A stretch of DNA of 64,000 nt from an uncultured delta proteobacterium (GTDB taxonomy: Bacteria > Desulfobacterota > Desulfuromonadia > Desulfuromonadales > BM103): positions 170,968 through 234,967 of the forward strand of contig CAVQRZ010000014.1 of assembly GCA_963715335.1 (NCBI GenBank), in the 5' to 3' direction. Shown one piece after another: positions 31,828 to 43,118 of this stretch. A program made the position numbers and the translations under genes. Numbering within the stretch: the first letter of the stretch is position 1; each line of letters begins with the position of its first letter. The notes below the pieces were generated by a model. That model was not told the origin of the DNA. It did no database searches and saw only the letters and a list, made by a program, of their open reading frames with translations.

Positions 31828-32283
31828 ATGGGATTCCAGGGCGTCTATTTCAATTCAATCGATGCAAAAGGGCGGGCAAGTATCCCGGCCAGGTTTCGCG
31901 AGCAGTTGAAAGAACTGTTCGAAGATGAAACACTGGTCGTGACGCAGGATCGCTGCGGCATCGTTGCGTATCCCGTCTCCGAGTGGAACCTTTTCCTAGA
32001 AAAATTCACGCAGCTCCCAAACGACCAGTTCCGGGAAGACCTCTACTTTACAACAGTAACCCCCGCAACCCAGTGTACCTTCGACAAGCAGGGCCGCATA
32101 CAGCTGCCGCAATCCCTGCGTGAGTATTGTCAGCTCGATACGGACGGCGTGCGCGATGTGGTCATTGTCGGCGGGGCGAAGAAAATCCAGATCTGGAACA
32201 AGACAAGATACCTAGAGATGCTCGCTGAAGCAGAACAGCGCCTCGCAGATGATCGGCAGAAGCGTTTCGACCTGGGATTATAG
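31828..32283 (+). CDS. mraZ: Transcriptional regulator MraZ
   Basis: Two DxKGR-type motifs (DAKGR, DKQGR); first gene of the dcw cluster. Confidence 0.93.
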   Translation: MGFQGVYFNSIDAKGRASIPARFREQLKELFEDETLVVTQDRCGIVAYPVSEWNLFLEKFTQLPNDQFREDLYFTTVTPATQCTFDKQGRIQLPQSLREYCQLDTDGVRDVVIVGGAKKIQIWNKTRYLEMLAEAEQRLADDRQKRFDLGL

Positions 32284-32287
32284 CTCT

Positions 32288-33232
32288 TTGACTTCGGATG
32301 TGTTCAGGCATGTTTCAGTGATGGTGGAGGAGGTGTTGCACTACCTCGAGCCCCATCGTGGAGGCACCTACCTGGACGGTACGCTGGGCGGTGGCGGTCA
32401 TGCCCGCCTGATTCTTGAGGCGGCATCCCCTGATGGAATCCTGGTCGGCCTCGATCATGACGCGGAGGCATTGCAGGCTGCCGGAAGCAACCTGGCGGAG
32501 TTCGGCGACAGGGTGATGCTCCGGCAAGGCAACTTTGCCGCGATGGAGGCTCATCTTGATGCCCTGGGGATTGCGATGCTCGACGGAGTCGTGCTCGACC
32601 TCGGGGTTTCCTCCTACCAACTTGACAGCCCGAGTCGCGGGTTTTCGTTTCGGGAAGAAGGCCCTCTGGATATGCGCATGAACCCTTCTACAGGGATTTC
32701 TGCTGCCAGCGTGATTGCCGAGGGCGAAGCAGATCATTTGAAGCGCATCTTTCGTGATTACGGCGAGGAGCGCTGGGCAGGCAGGATCGCACGGGAAATC
32801 GTGGTGGTCCGTGAACGGCAACCGATCGAGACGACCATGCAGCTGGCCGAACTGGTCAGCCGGGTTGTGCCTCGCAGCAAGGGCCCACAGCGCATCCACC
32901 CGGCAACCAGGGTTTTCCAGGCGCTGAGAATTTATGTCAACGGGGAGCTCGACAGCCTGCAAACCGGCCTGGATGCTGCCCGACGGAGATTGAAGAGCGG
33001 TGGCCGGCTGGTCGTCATCAGCTTCCACTCACTCGAGGACAGAATCGTCAAACAGGCTTTCCGGACCCTGTCCACCGGCTGCATCTGTCCTCCCCGTTTG
33101 GCCGTCTGTGCTTGCGGGAAGCAGCCGCTCGCCAGGGTTGTGACCCGAAAAGGAGTGCGAGCGACTGACGCGGAAGTAGAAAGTAATCCACGCGCCAGGA
33201 GCGCCGTGTTGAGAGCAATGGAAAAGATTTAA
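32288..33232 (+). CDS. rsmH: 16S rRNA m4C1402 methyltransferase
   Basis: DGTLGGGGHA, DLGVSS, LDMRM, SFHSLEDR, NPRARSA; start codon inferred. Confidence 0.96.
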   Translation: MTSDVFRHVSVMVEEVLHYLEPHRGGTYLDGTLGGGGHARLILEAASPDGILVGLDHDAEALQAAGSNLAEFGDRVMLRQGNFAAMEAHLDALGIAMLDGVVLDLGVSSYQLDSPSRGFSFREEGPLDMRMNPSTGISAASVIAEGEADHLKRIFRDYGEERWAGRIAREIVVVRERQPIETTMQLAELVSRVVPRSKGPQRIHPATRVFQALRIYVNGELDSLQTGLDAARRRLKSGGRLVVISFHSLEDRIVKQAFRTLSTGCICPPRLAVCACGKQPLARVVTRKGVRATDAEVESNPRARSAVLRAMEKI

Positions 33233-33248
33233 GCAGAGGAGAACCGCG

Positions 33249-33566
33249 ATGGCTGACACAACCCTTAAAGCGTTACCGAAAATCAATGGCTTTGCCCTGC
33301 GTCGTCCAAACCTGGTTCCGGTGCTCGGTTTTATCGCCTTGCTGCTTTCGGTGTCGCTCTTTTTTGTCTGGTCCAGGGTTCAGGTCACCAGCCTGGAGTA
33401 TGAAATGTCCCAGTTGGAAAGTACGTTACGCGATCTGCGACAGGAGACCTCAAGCCTGCGTCTCGAGGCAGCCAGCCTCAGGAGCCCTGAACGGATTGAG
33501 CGGGTGGCGCGGCAGGAGCTGCGTCTGCGTCTGCCTTCCGCTGATCAGGTGATTACGGTGGATTGA
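33249..33566 (+). CDS. ftsL: Cell division protein FtsL
   Basis: Single TM plus coiled coil, SPERIERVA; position in the cluster. Confidence 0.88.
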   Translation: MADTTLKALPKINGFALRRPNLVPVLGFIALLLSVSLFFVWSRVQVTSLEYEMSQLESTLRDLRQETSSLRLEAASLRSPERIERVARQELRLRLPSADQVITVD

Positions 33567-35545
33567 TGAAGCAACTGGAGAATGGCGTCCGTTTTCGCAT
33601 TCGGCTGATAGGGGTGGTCTTTACCCTCTGTTTTGCCTTGGTGGCGATACGTGCCTTCAATCTCCAGGTTCTGCAGGGGCAGCAATGGGATGAACGTGCC
33701 GAGCGACAGCATCAGAAGGTCATTCCCCTAACCCCCCAGCGCGGCACGATTTTCGACCGGAACGGTGAGGAACTCGCCGTCAGCGTTGATGTCGATTCGG
33801 TTTATGTCGAGCCGGGCAAGCTCCAGAACCCTTCAGGTACAACTAAATCCCTGGCCAGGGTGCTTGGTCTTTCAACAGGAACAATTAAAACGAAGTTGAA
33901 GGGCAGCAAAAACTTTGTCTGGCTGAAGCGCCAGATCACGCCGAGCCAGAGCGATCAGATCAAAGCAATGAAGCTTGATGGCGTCGGAATGATCAAGGAG
34001 CACCGACGCTTCTATCCCAACTCCAACATCGCCGGACATCTGCTCGGTTTCACCGGCCTCGATCCGAAGGGCCTGGAAGGGCTGGAGCTGGAGTACGACA
34101 AGATGATCCTCGGGCGCGGCGGATATCTGGTAATGGAACGGGACGCGCTGGGTCGTGGTCTGGGCGCCGGGTCGCCACAGATCCAGGGGGCAACGCGCGG
34201 ACATGATCTGTACCTGACGCTCGACAAGAACCTGCAGTATCTCGCCGAGCGGGAACTTGCCGAAGGGCTGCGCACGACAGAAGCCAAGGCCGGGACCGTG
34301 GTCATGATGGAGCCATCAACTGGTAAAGTGCTGGCCATGGCAAGTGCGCCGGATTACAACCCGAACGCGTTCTTCCGCTACAAGCCTTACCAGTGGCGGA
34401 ATCGCGCTGTCTGCGACACGTATGAACCCGGATCGACCTTCAAAATATTTTTGATGGCGGCGGCACTGAACGAGGCAGTAGTCAGTACGAAACAAAAAAT
34501 TGATTGTGAAAATGGCGTGTTCCGTGTTGGCGGCAAAGATATCCATGACCACAAGAAATATCAGAAACTGACCCCTGCAGAGATTATCAAGTACAGTTCA
34601 AATATCGGATCGGCAAAGATTGGCAAAATGCTGGAGAGAAAAACCTTCCATCGTTATCTTGCCGCTTTCGGTTTTGGTGAACCAACCGGGATCGACTTGC
34701 CCGGCGAGGCGAACGGACTATTGCGGCCACCGGAAAAATGGTTTGAAATCGACCTGGCGGCGATTTCTTTCGGCCAGGGAGTCAGCGTGACGTCGATCCA
34801 GTTGGCCGCGGCCACAGCGGCGATCGCCAATGGCGGCGACCTGATGGAGCCATATGTTGTCGAGCAGGTAGTTGATAGTCAGGGTCAGGTGACGCGCAAA
34901 AGTCAGCCTCGAGTCGTACGCAAGGTGATTGCCCAGGATGTGGCCCAGCGGGTGGCACAGATGATGGAGATGACCACAGAAGAAGACGGTACGTCGACCA
35001 ACGCCCGAGTGCCAGGCTTCAGGGTTGCCGGCAAGACTGGTACGGCGCAGAAGGTTGATCCGGTCACAGGAGGTTACTCGGCGGACAAGAGAGTCGCTTC
35101 ATTTATCGGTTTCCTGCCGGCCGAGGCGCCGCGGATCGTGATATTGGTATCGATTGACGAACCGAAAAAAGGCGTGTACGGCGGATTGACTGCGGCACCG
35201 GTGTTTTCAAAGATCGCTGCCCAGGCGATGCAATATCTCAAGGTTGCGCCAAACCAGGAGACCCGGGACGGTGAAAACCTGCCGTCACTGGAACAGATAT
35301 TTGTCAATGCTGCCGCACCGGAGCAGGCGAGTCTTCAGAACCTGATGGTTGCCGCGACATCCGGTGGGCCGCGGATGCCCGATTTTTCCGGGTTGAGTTT
35401 TCGCCAGGTTCTCGAGCTTATCGAAGAAAAGCAGTTGAACGTCGATTTCCGAGGACGTGGCCGGGTTGTTGAACAGTCTCCGATTCCCGGAGCATCGATT
35501 CCCTATGGTGCCCCGGTCTGGGTGCGCATGGCACCACCATCCTGA
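33563..35545 (+). CDS. ftsI: Penicillin-binding protein 3 with C-terminal PASTA domain
   Basis: RGTIFDRNG, EPGSTFK, SSN, KTGTAQ. Confidence 0.94.
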   Translation: MMKQLENGVRFRIRLIGVVFTLCFALVAIRAFNLQVLQGQQWDERAERQHQKVIPLTPQRGTIFDRNGEELAVSVDVDSVYVEPGKLQNPSGTTKSLARVLGLSTGTIKTKLKGSKNFVWLKRQITPSQSDQIKAMKLDGVGMIKEHRRFYPNSNIAGHLLGFTGLDPKGLEGLELEYDKMILGRGGYLVMERDALGRGLGAGSPQIQGATRGHDLYLTLDKNLQYLAERELAEGLRTTEAKAGTVVMMEPSTGKVLAMASAPDYNPNAFFRYKPYQWRNRAVCDTYEPGSTFKIFLMAAALNEAVVSTKQKIDCENGVFRVGGKDIHDHKKYQKLTPAEIIKYSSNIGSAKIGKMLERKTFHRYLAAFGFGEPTGIDLPGEANGLLRPPEKWFEIDLAAISFGQGVSVTSIQLAAATAAIANGGDLMEPYVVEQVVDSQGQVTRKSQPRVVRKVIAQDVAQRVAQMMEMTTEEDGTSTNARVPGFRVAGKTGTAQKVDPVTGGYSADKRVASFIGFLPAEAPRIVILVSIDEPKKGVYGGLTAAPVFSKIAAQAMQYLKVAPNQETRDGENLPSLEQIFVNAAAPEQASLQNLMVAATSGGPRMPDFSGLSFRQVLELIEEKQLNVDFRGRGRVVEQSPIPGASIPYGAPVWVRMAPPS

Positions 35546-35566
35546 GCGAGCCTGAAGTGGCGGCGG

Positions 35567-37081
35567 ATGACGATGAAATTAACAGAACTTCTGAAGAATT
35601 GCCCGGTCAGAAATATCCATGGCCTCACGGATATTGATCTGCACGGTCTGCAGTACGATTCGCGCAAGGTCAATCGTGATGATGCTTTTTTCGCCCTGCG
35701 CGGCGTAGTCAGCGACGGGCACGACTATATCGCCAGTGCAATTGCCAACGGCGCGAGGGTGGTCTTCTGCGAGGAGTTGCCGGAGCATGCCGGGGCCGTG
35801 ACCACTGTGCTGGTGGACAATGCCCGTCAGGCCATGGCGATGGTCTCGTCAGAGCTCTATGGCAACCCGACGCGCGCAATGCAGACTGTAGGGATCACCG
35901 GGACCAATGGCAAAACCACCATTACCTACCTGCTCGAAGCGATCCTCAATGAGGCAGGACTGCATCCGGCTGTGATCGGTACGATCAACTACCGTTTCGG
36001 TTCGGATCTTCGCCAGGCACCGCACACCACTCCCGAGGCGCTGGACCTGATGAAGCTGGTGAACGATTTTCGGCGCAACGGGGCGCGTTCACTGGTTATG
36101 GAAGTCTCTTCCCATGCGCTGGACCAGTGCCGGGCCGACGGCGTACATTTCCGGGTCGGCGTCTTCACCAACCTGACCCCGGAGCACCTCGATTACCACC
36201 GGGATATGGAAAGTTATTTCGCGAGTAAATACCACCTGTTCAAGGAACTGCTGCCGCGCGTCAAGGGCCGCGCCGTGATCAATATCGATGATGATTACGG
36301 TCGGCGTCTTGCGGCGATGTCTCCCGGGGCCCTGACCTGTGGTCGCAGCAGAACTGCCGATGTCCATCCGGAGAGCTTTGAAATTCTTTTGACCGGCATC
36401 CGTGCCAGCGTGGCAACACCGCTCGGCACGGTTGCCGTCAATTCGCAATTGCTTGGCGATTACAACCTGGAAAATCTGCTCTGCGCGATCGGTGCCGCAG
36501 TTGCACTCGGGTTATCCCCCCAGGTGATTGCTGCGGGGTTGGTTGTTGCCAAGGGCGTGCCTGGGCGCCTGGAGCGGGTGGAAAATGATCGCGACGCTCT
36601 GATTCTGGTCGATTATGCCCACACCGGGGACGCCCTGCGTCGGGTTATCGAGGCCATGCAGGGGCTCTCGCCACGGAGAATCCTGACTGTTTTCGGTTGC
36701 GGTGGCGACAGGGATCGTAGCAAACGGCCGATCATGGCTGAAGTTGCCGCACTGGGTTCCGATATCGCGATAGCAACCTCCGACAACCCCCGCACTGAAG
36801 ACCCTCGGCAGATCCTCGACGATGTCCGTGTCGGCCTTGCCAAAGTACACGAGCGGGAATGGAGCAGGGCAGACGCCAAGTCTTCTGCAGGGAAAGGTTA
36901 CGTTGTCATCGAAGATCGCCGCGAGGCCCTGGGGTTCGCAGTCAGTCTTCTGCAGCCCGGTGATCTTCTGCTGGTGGCCGGAAAAGGGCACGAGGATTAC
37001 CAGATCCTCGCCAGCGGGCGAATTCATTTCGACGATCGTGAAGAGCTGCGCAAGGCTCTGCAACAGGGAGGTCAGCAATGA
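35567..37081 (+). CDS. murE: UDP-MurNAc-tripeptide synthetase
   Basis: GITGTNGKTT, MEVSSH, DYAHT, DNPR. Confidence 0.96.
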   Translation: MTMKLTELLKNCPVRNIHGLTDIDLHGLQYDSRKVNRDDAFFALRGVVSDGHDYIASAIANGARVVFCEELPEHAGAVTTVLVDNARQAMAMVSSELYGNPTRAMQTVGITGTNGKTTITYLLEAILNEAGLHPAVIGTINYRFGSDLRQAPHTTPEALDLMKLVNDFRRNGARSLVMEVSSHALDQCRADGVHFRVGVFTNLTPEHLDYHRDMESYFASKYHLFKELLPRVKGRAVINIDDDYGRRLAAMSPGALTCGRSRTADVHPESFEILLTGIRASVATPLGTVAVNSQLLGDYNLENLLCAIGAAVALGLSPQVIAAGLVVAKGVPGRLERVENDRDALILVDYAHTGDALRRVIEAMQGLSPRRILTVFGCGGDRDRSKRPIMAEVAALGSDIAIATSDNPRTEDPRQILDDVRVGLAKVHEREWSRADAKSSAGKGYVVIEDRREALGFAVSLLQPGDLLLVAGKGHEDYQILASGRIHFDDREELRKALQQGGQQ

Positions 37082-38475
37082 TTCGCATGGACGTCCGTAC
37101 CGTTGCAGAAATCACCGGAGGTCACCTGATGCAGAACGGTGCGTCGGTTGAGTTCCAGGGGATCTCCACTGACAGCCGGACGCTCCAACAGGGAGAGCTG
37201 TTTATCCCGCTGCGCGGCGAGAATTTCGATGGCCATGACTACCTGACCCAGGCGATCAAGAGGGGCGCTGCGGCCTGTCTCAGCGAAGAGATGATTGGCG
37301 GCCTGCTGGTGCCGGTGGTCAAGGTGAAGGACACCCTCCGGGCTCTTGGTGATCTGGCCGCCGCTGTGCGGAGCCAGTTCTCGGGTCCGGTGATAGGGAT
37401 TACCGGCACGTCAGGCAAGACTACCTGCAAGGAGATGCTCGCCTCAATCCTGACCAGTCTCGGGCCTGGCCTCAAGTCAGCCGGCAACTACAACAACCTG
37501 ATCGGTGTGCCGCTGACCCTGTTCGGGCTGCAACCCGAGCACCGCTGGGCTGTCATCGAGATGGGCATGAGCGCCCGCGGTGAAATTGCCCGCCTGGCGG
37601 AGATTGCCCGACCGAACATCGGTCTGATTACCAATGTCGGCGCAGGCCACCTGGAAAACTTTGACGGGCTTTCGGGAGTGGCCAGAGCCAAAGGGGAGCT
37701 TTTCATCAGCCTTCCCGCCACCGGCATTGCCCTGATTAACGCAGATGACCCGGAAGTGAGTATCCTGCCGGTAGCCAACGGCGTTCGCAGGGTGCTGTTC
37801 GGGATTAGCCGGGACGCCGACGTCAGGGCTGACAAAATCGTCGTTCAGAACGGTTCGGTGAGTTTTCTGCTAGTTATCGCCGGGGCCGCACAGAAGGTCG
37901 TTTTGCCGCTGCCGGGACGGCACAATGTCGCCAATGCCCTGGCCGCAGCAGCAGCAGCAACAGTAATCGGTGTAGGTTTACAGGACATCGCTGCGGGGCT
38001 GAAAGCGTTCCAGCCTTGCCCGGGGCGGATGGAGTTGCTGGAGTTGCCGGGAGACGTGGTGGTGCTCGAAGACAGCTATAATGCCAACCCCTTGTCAGTG
38101 CATGCCGCCCTGGATGCACTGCATGACCTGGGGGCGCCCGGTCGGCGGATCGCGGTCCTGGCCGATATGCTCGAGCTTGGGCCGTCAGCACCGGAGCTAC
38201 ACCAACAGATTGGGGCGATCATCCCGGAACGGGCAGACTGGCTCTTTACCTATGGTCGTTTGGCCGAGGACATTGCGCGCGGTGCCCGCGAAGCGGGGCT
38301 GGCCGAGGACAGGATTTTCAGTGCGGCAGACCGCGATGAACTGGTCGCGCGCCTGCTCGGATTGCTAAAAGCCGGAGACCGGGTGCTGATCAAGGGCTCA
38401 CGCGGCATGCGCATGGAAAAAGTGACCGCTGCTCTGCGGGATTCGATACGGAAGCCGGCTGTGAACGGGGACTGA
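37078..38475 (+). CDS. murF: UDP-MurNAc-pentapeptide synthetase
   Basis: GTSGKTT, NNLIGVPLTL, DSYNANP, KGSRG. Confidence 0.96.
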   Translation: MIRMDVRTVAEITGGHLMQNGASVEFQGISTDSRTLQQGELFIPLRGENFDGHDYLTQAIKRGAAACLSEEMIGGLLVPVVKVKDTLRALGDLAAAVRSQFSGPVIGITGTSGKTTCKEMLASILTSLGPGLKSAGNYNNLIGVPLTLFGLQPEHRWAVIEMGMSARGEIARLAEIARPNIGLITNVGAGHLENFDGLSGVARAKGELFISLPATGIALINADDPEVSILPVANGVRRVLFGISRDADVRADKIVVQNGSVSFLLVIAGAAQKVVLPLPGRHNVANALAAAAAATVIGVGLQDIAAGLKAFQPCPGRMELLELPGDVVVLEDSYNANPLSVHAALDALHDLGAPGRRIAVLADMLELGPSAPELHQQIGAIIPERADWLFTYGRLAEDIARGAREAGLAEDRIFSAADRDELVARLLGLLKAGDRVLIKGSRGMRMEKVTAALRDSIRKPAVNGD

Positions 38476-38487
38476 GGGAGATCATAA

Positions 38488-39564
38488 GTGCTTTATCACC
38501 TGCTCTACCCACTGCATACGGAATTCTCGGTATTTTATGTCTTCCGTTTTATAACCTTCCGGACGATCTATGCCGCGATCACCGCATTGATCATCAGCTT
38601 CCTGCTCGGGCCGTGGCTGATCGAAAAGCTCTCTGCCCTGCAGGTCGGGCAAAGCATCCGTCGTCTCGGTCCCGAATCACACTTCAAGAAAGAGGGTACG
38701 CCGACCATGGGCGGCGCGCTGATTCTGTTCGCCATCGTCTTGCCGACCCTGCTCTGGGCTGATCTGAGCAACCTCTATGTCTGGTTGGTGCTGCTGGTCA
38801 CATGTGGTTACGGCATCATCGGTTTCGCCGATGATTACTTGAAAGTGCGTCGCAAAAACAGTGACGGTTTGTCACCGCGCAAGAAGATGTTCTGGCAGAT
38901 GTTGATCGCTTTCGGAGTCGGCGTGGTTCTGATGCAATATCCGGGCTTTCAGTCAACTCTGGCATTCCCGTTTTTCAAAGGCATCAACCCGGACCTCGGC
39001 TGGTTCTACGTTCCCTTCGCCATGCTGGTGATTATCGGCGCCAGCAACGCTGTCAATCTGACCGATGGGCTCGATGGGCTGGCGATTGGACCGGTGATCA
39101 TTGCCGCTGGGACCTATCTGCTATTTGCCTATCTGGCCGGGCATGCAACCCTGTCGGGTTATCTGCAGATCAATAACGTCAAGGGCGCCGGAGAGCTAGC
39201 GGTCCTTTGTGGGGCGATGGTCGGGGCGGGGCTCGGTTTCCTCTGGTTTAATACTTACCCGGCTCAGGTCTTTATGGGCGATATCGGCAGCCTGTCGCTC
39301 GGCGGCGCTATCGGTACCATTGCTGTCATCACAAAGCAGGAAATCGTGCTGGTGATCGTCGGCGGTATCTTCGTTATGGAGGCCCTCTCGGTAATCGTGC
39401 AGGTGACTTCGTTCCGACTCTACGGCAAACGCATATTCCGCATGGCGCCGATTCACCATCATTTTGAACTGAAGGGCTGGCCGGAGCCGAAGATTATCGT
39501 GCGCTTCTGGATTATCAGCATCATCCTGGCCCTGATTGGCCTGTCGACGCTGAAGTTGAGATAA
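38488..39564 (+). CDS. mraY: Phospho-MurNAc-pentapeptide transferase
   Basis: [29 protein letters not shown]. Confidence 0.97.
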   Translation: MLYHLLYPLHTEFSVFYVFRFITFRTIYAAITALIISFLLGPWLIEKLSALQVGQSIRRLGPESHFKKEGTPTMGGALILFAIVLPTLLWADLSNLYVWLVLLVTCGYGIIGFADDYLKVRRKNSDGLSPRKKMFWQMLIAFGVGVVLMQYPGFQSTLAFPFFKGINPDLGWFYVPFAMLVIIGASNAVNLTDGLDGLAIGPVIIAAGTYLLFAYLAGHATLSGYLQINNVKGAGELAVLCGAMVGAGLGFLWFNTYPAQVFMGDIGSLSLGGAIGTIAVITKQEIVLVIVGGIFVMEALSVIVQVTSFRLYGKRIFRMAPIHHHFELKGWPEPKIIVRFWIISIILALIGLSTLKLR

Positions 39565-39570
39565 AAGCAT

Positions 39571-40935
39571 ATGGACTATCGGGGTAAAAAGGTCGTGATC
39601 ATCGGCGCCGGTTCAACCGGTCGCAGTCTGGCACGCTTTTTCCTAGCGCGTGGGGCGCAGATTGTCCTGTCCGATCATCGCCCCGCAGAGCGTTTCGATG
39701 ATCTCGATGAGTTGCGCAGCCAGGGAATCCAGTTGGATCTCGGTGGTCATACCCTGGACCTGTTCACGGCGGCTGACCTGATCGCTGTCAGCCCAGGGGT
39801 GCCGCTCGATATCCCGGCGCTAAAAGCCTGCCAGGGACGAAAGATCCCGATGTACGGCGAAGTGGAGATTGCCTGGCACGAGCTGTCCGGCACCATGGTT
39901 GCCATTACCGGGACCAACGGCAAGTCGACAGTGACCAGCCTGATCGGCGAGATGCTGAAAGCCTGGGGACAAAATGCCTTCGTCGGCGGGAACCTCGGGA
40001 TACCGCTGATCGATGCAGTCGGCAAGGACTACGACTGGCAGGTGGTCGAACTGTCATCATTCCAGCTTGAAACGATCAAGGCGTTCCGGCCGCGTTATGC
40101 CATTCTTCTGAATATCAGCGAGGATCACCTGGATCGTTATCCGGACATGGCCAGCTACGTGGCCGCCAAACAGCGGATCTTCGAAAATCAGCAAAAAGAA
40201 GATATTGCGATTCTGAACCACGACGATGCGCTCGCACTGCACTCTGCGATCAATATCCGTTCGCGCAAGGTGTATTTCAGCAGCCAGTCCGTACTGGAAG
40301 AGGGGATGAGCCTGGTCGACGACCGGATTATCTGGCGATGGAACGGACAAGAAACGCTCTTTCCGGCTGCGGAACTACAGATTCGCGGACGCCACAACCA
40401 GGAAAACGTGATGGCCGCCCTGATCCCGCTGCTCATGGAGGGCTGTCCGGCAGAGATTGCCTGGGGTGCCGCGAAAAACTTCACCGGCCTCAAGCACCGC
40501 ATGGAATATCTCGGGGATCTGCACGGGGCCGGCTGGTACAACGATTCCAAGGGGACCAATATCGGCAGCGTCGTCAAGAGCCTGGCCGGGTTTGACAGGC
40601 CGGTCATCCTGATTGCCGGTGGCAAGGATAAGCAGGGTGACTTGTCGGCGCTGATTGAGCCAATCCGGGAAAAAGTTGAACAGTTGATCCTGATCGGCGC
40701 CGCCGCTGAACGAATGGCCGGAGCCTTTGCCGGTCTGACCAGGATTCATCGTGCCGACAGCATGCATGCAGCCGTTGAACTGGCCGCTCACTATAGCGCT
40801 CCCGGTGCGACCGTGCTCCTGTCGCCGGGTTGTTCGAGTTTCGACATGTTCGAAAATTTTGCCGCACGTGGTGAAATCTTTGCCCGTGAATTTCGTGCCT
40901 TGAGCGGGCGCGGGGGGGGCGTCAATGGAGATTAG
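39571..40935 (+). CDS. murD: UDP-MurNAc-L-Ala:D-Glu ligase
   Basis: GTNGKST, ELSSFQL, NDSKGTN, LSPGCSSFD. Confidence 0.96.
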   Translation: MDYRGKKVVIIGAGSTGRSLARFFLARGAQIVLSDHRPAERFDDLDELRSQGIQLDLGGHTLDLFTAADLIAVSPGVPLDIPALKACQGRKIPMYGEVEIAWHELSGTMVAITGTNGKSTVTSLIGEMLKAWGQNAFVGGNLGIPLIDAVGKDYDWQVVELSSFQLETIKAFRPRYAILLNISEDHLDRYPDMASYVAAKQRIFENQQKEDIAILNHDDALALHSAINIRSRKVYFSSQSVLEEGMSLVDDRIIWRWNGQETLFPAAELQIRGRHNQENVMAALIPLLMEGCPAEIAWGAAKNFTGLKHRMEYLGDLHGAGWYNDSKGTNIGSVVKSLAGFDRPVILIAGGKDKQGDLSALIEPIREKVEQLILIGAAAERMAGAFAGLTRIHRADSMHAAVELAAHYSAPGATVLLSPGCSSFDMFENFAARGEIFAREFRALSGRGGGVNGD

Positions 40936-42031
40936 GCAGGGCACGGATCATTCGATTCTCCTGCTGGCAGTCTGTCTGACCTGCCTGGGAGTGGTGATGG
41001 TGTTCTCCTCATCATCGATCATGGCAGTCCGCGATTATAACGACAGTCTCTATTTCCTCAAACGGCAGGGTGTGTTTGCCCTGGTCGGGTTCGCCGCCAT
41101 GGCTCTTTTGATGCGGATAGATCTAAACCTGCTGCGCAAGGCCGCATGGCCGGTCCTCGGGATCTGCGCCCTGTTGCTGGTCGCCGTTCTGATCCCAGGC
41201 GTCGGCAAAAAGGTCGGCGGCGCTGCGCGCTGGCTCAAAATGGGGGGAGTTACTTTCCAGCCGGCAGAGTTAGTCAAAGTCGGCCTCGTCATGTTCATGG
41301 CCCATTCGCTGGCCCGCAAACAGGACAAGGTCAAAAGCTTCCGTTTCGGGTTCCTCCCCTATATGCTGATTCTTGCCGTGTTGCTCGGCTTGCTGGGGGC
41401 TCAGCCGGATATGGGCAGTGCGCTGACGCTGGCCGTCGTCGCGATTGCAATGCTGCTGGTAGCCGGGACCCGATTGAGTTACCTGGCCAGCATCGGCCTG
41501 ATATCGTTGCCGATTCTCTATTTCCTGGTGATGAGTGTCGATTACCGCAGGCGCCGGATCCTGGCTTTTCTCAACCCGTGGGAGGACCCGAGCAATTCCG
41601 GGTTCCAGATTATTCAGAGTTGGATCGCCTTCGGTTCCGGAGGGGCCTTTGGTCAGGGATTGGGCGAGAGTAAGCAGAAGCTTTTCTACCTGCCCGAAGC
41701 GCATACCGATTTCATCTTCTCGGTGGTCGGTGAAGAACTCGGCTTTATAGGTGTGATCGTGATCGCTGCGATGTTCATGTTGCTGATCGTGCGTGGCATG
41801 CGCACGGCGCTGAACGCACCGGATGAATTCGGCTGCCTGCTGGCCTTCGGTATCACCATGCTGATCGGGTTGCAGGCCTTTGTAAACATGGCCGTGGTTA
41901 TGGGAATGGTCCCCACCAAGGGGCTGGCTCTGCCGTTTATTTCGTACGGCGGGACGAGCCTGGTGACGACCTTGGCCGCAGTTGGGCTGCTGCTGAACGT
42001 ATCACGGCAGCTTCCGGGAGAGTTGCGATGA
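40925..42031 (+). CDS. ftsW: SEDS peptidoglycan polymerase FtsW
   Basis: FQPAE, LPEAHTDFIF, PFISYGGTS. Confidence 0.95.
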   Translation: MEIRQGTDHSILLLAVCLTCLGVVMVFSSSSIMAVRDYNDSLYFLKRQGVFALVGFAAMALLMRIDLNLLRKAAWPVLGICALLLVAVLIPGVGKKVGGAARWLKMGGVTFQPAELVKVGLVMFMAHSLARKQDKVKSFRFGFLPYMLILAVLLGLLGAQPDMGSALTLAVVAIAMLLVAGTRLSYLASIGLISLPILYFLVMSVDYRRRRILAFLNPWEDPSNSGFQIIQSWIAFGSGGAFGQGLGESKQKLFYLPEAHTDFIFSVVGEELGFIGVIVIAAMFMLLIVRGMRTALNAPDEFGCLLAFGITMLIGLQAFVNMAVVMGMVPTKGLALPFISYGGTSLVTTLAAVGLLLNVSRQLPGELR

Positions 42032-43107
42032 AGCTGCTTTTGGCCGGTGGCGGAACCGGTGGGCACCTTTTCCCGGCGATCGCCCTGGCCGAGCAGTTCA
42101 AAGCCGAAGAGCCGCAAGGTGAAGTTCTCTTTATCGGCACCGAACGCGGGCTGGAAGCTCGCATGCTGCCGGAACTGGGCTGGGCACTGGAGACGATAGA
42201 AATGAGTGGTTGGGCGGGGCGCGGATTTATTGCCAGGTTCAGGGTACTGGGGCTGCTGCTCAAGAGCCTTGGCCAGTCGCGGAAAATCCTGCGGAGCTTT
42301 GGCCCCGATGTTGTGGTCGGGGTCGGTGGCTATGCCTCGGTCCCGGCTCTGCTGGCGGCAAAAACCATGGGGATACCGTACCTGATCCACGAGCAGAATG
42401 CCTGGCCCGGGTTGGCCAATCGCCTGCTGGGCCGCTGGGCGAAAAGGGTCTGCCTCTCATTTGACGAGGCCGACCGTGCATTTTATCGTAGCGCCACGGT
42501 CCTGACCGGCAATCCGGTTCGCGCCGCCATGGAGACGTGCCCGGGTTTGAACGATGACAGGAATTGCCTGCTGGTGTTCGGCGGCAGCCAGGGCGCCAAC
42601 GCTATCAACCGTGTGATTGTCGCAGCCCTGCCGCTGCTGGAAGAGTGGCGCGACAGGCTGGAGATTATCCACCAGACTGGAGAACAGGATTACGCGGAAA
42701 CCGTGCAGGGATATCGTGACAACAACTGGCCGGAAACGGCAGTGACACCTTTCATCAAGGATATGGCCGGCGCTTATGCAAGGTCGACCCTGATCGTCTG
42801 TCGGGCTGGGGCGACGACCATCGCGGAACTGACCGCCTGTGGCCGACCGGCGATCCTGGTACCGTATCCGCACGCCGCAGCAGGGCACCAGTCGACAAAT
42901 GCCAGGGCAATGGCAGCCAAGGGCGCCGCAATGACGATGGAAGAAACGGACCTGACTCCGGAGCGTCTGGCCACTTTGATCAAGGGCCTGCTGTACGATC
43001 GAACCAGTATCAAGGCGATGGCAGCTGCTGCCAGGGGGCTGGCACGGCGCGGTGCCGCGGCCCGGCTGTTGCAGGAATGTCGAGCCGTCCTCAAAGAGGC
43101 CATCTGA
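42028..43107 (+). CDS. murG: Lipid II GlcNAc transferase
   Basis: [26 protein letters not shown]. Confidence 0.96.
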   Translation: MKLLLAGGGTGGHLFPAIALAEQFKAEEPQGEVLFIGTERGLEARMLPELGWALETIEMSGWAGRGFIARFRVLGLLLKSLGQSRKILRSFGPDVVVGVGGYASVPALLAAKTMGIPYLIHEQNAWPGLANRLLGRWAKRVCLSFDEADRAFYRSATVLTGNPVRAAMETCPGLNDDRNCLLVFGGSQGANAINRVIVAALPLLEEWRDRLEIIHQTGEQDYAETVQGYRDNNWPETAVTPFIKDMAGAYARSTLIVCRAGATTIAELTACGRPAILVPYPHAAAGHQSTNARAMAAKGAAMTMEETDLTPERLATLIKGLLYDRTSIKAMAAAARGLARRGAAARLLQECRAVLKEAI

Positions 43108-43118
43108 CAGGGGTAGTT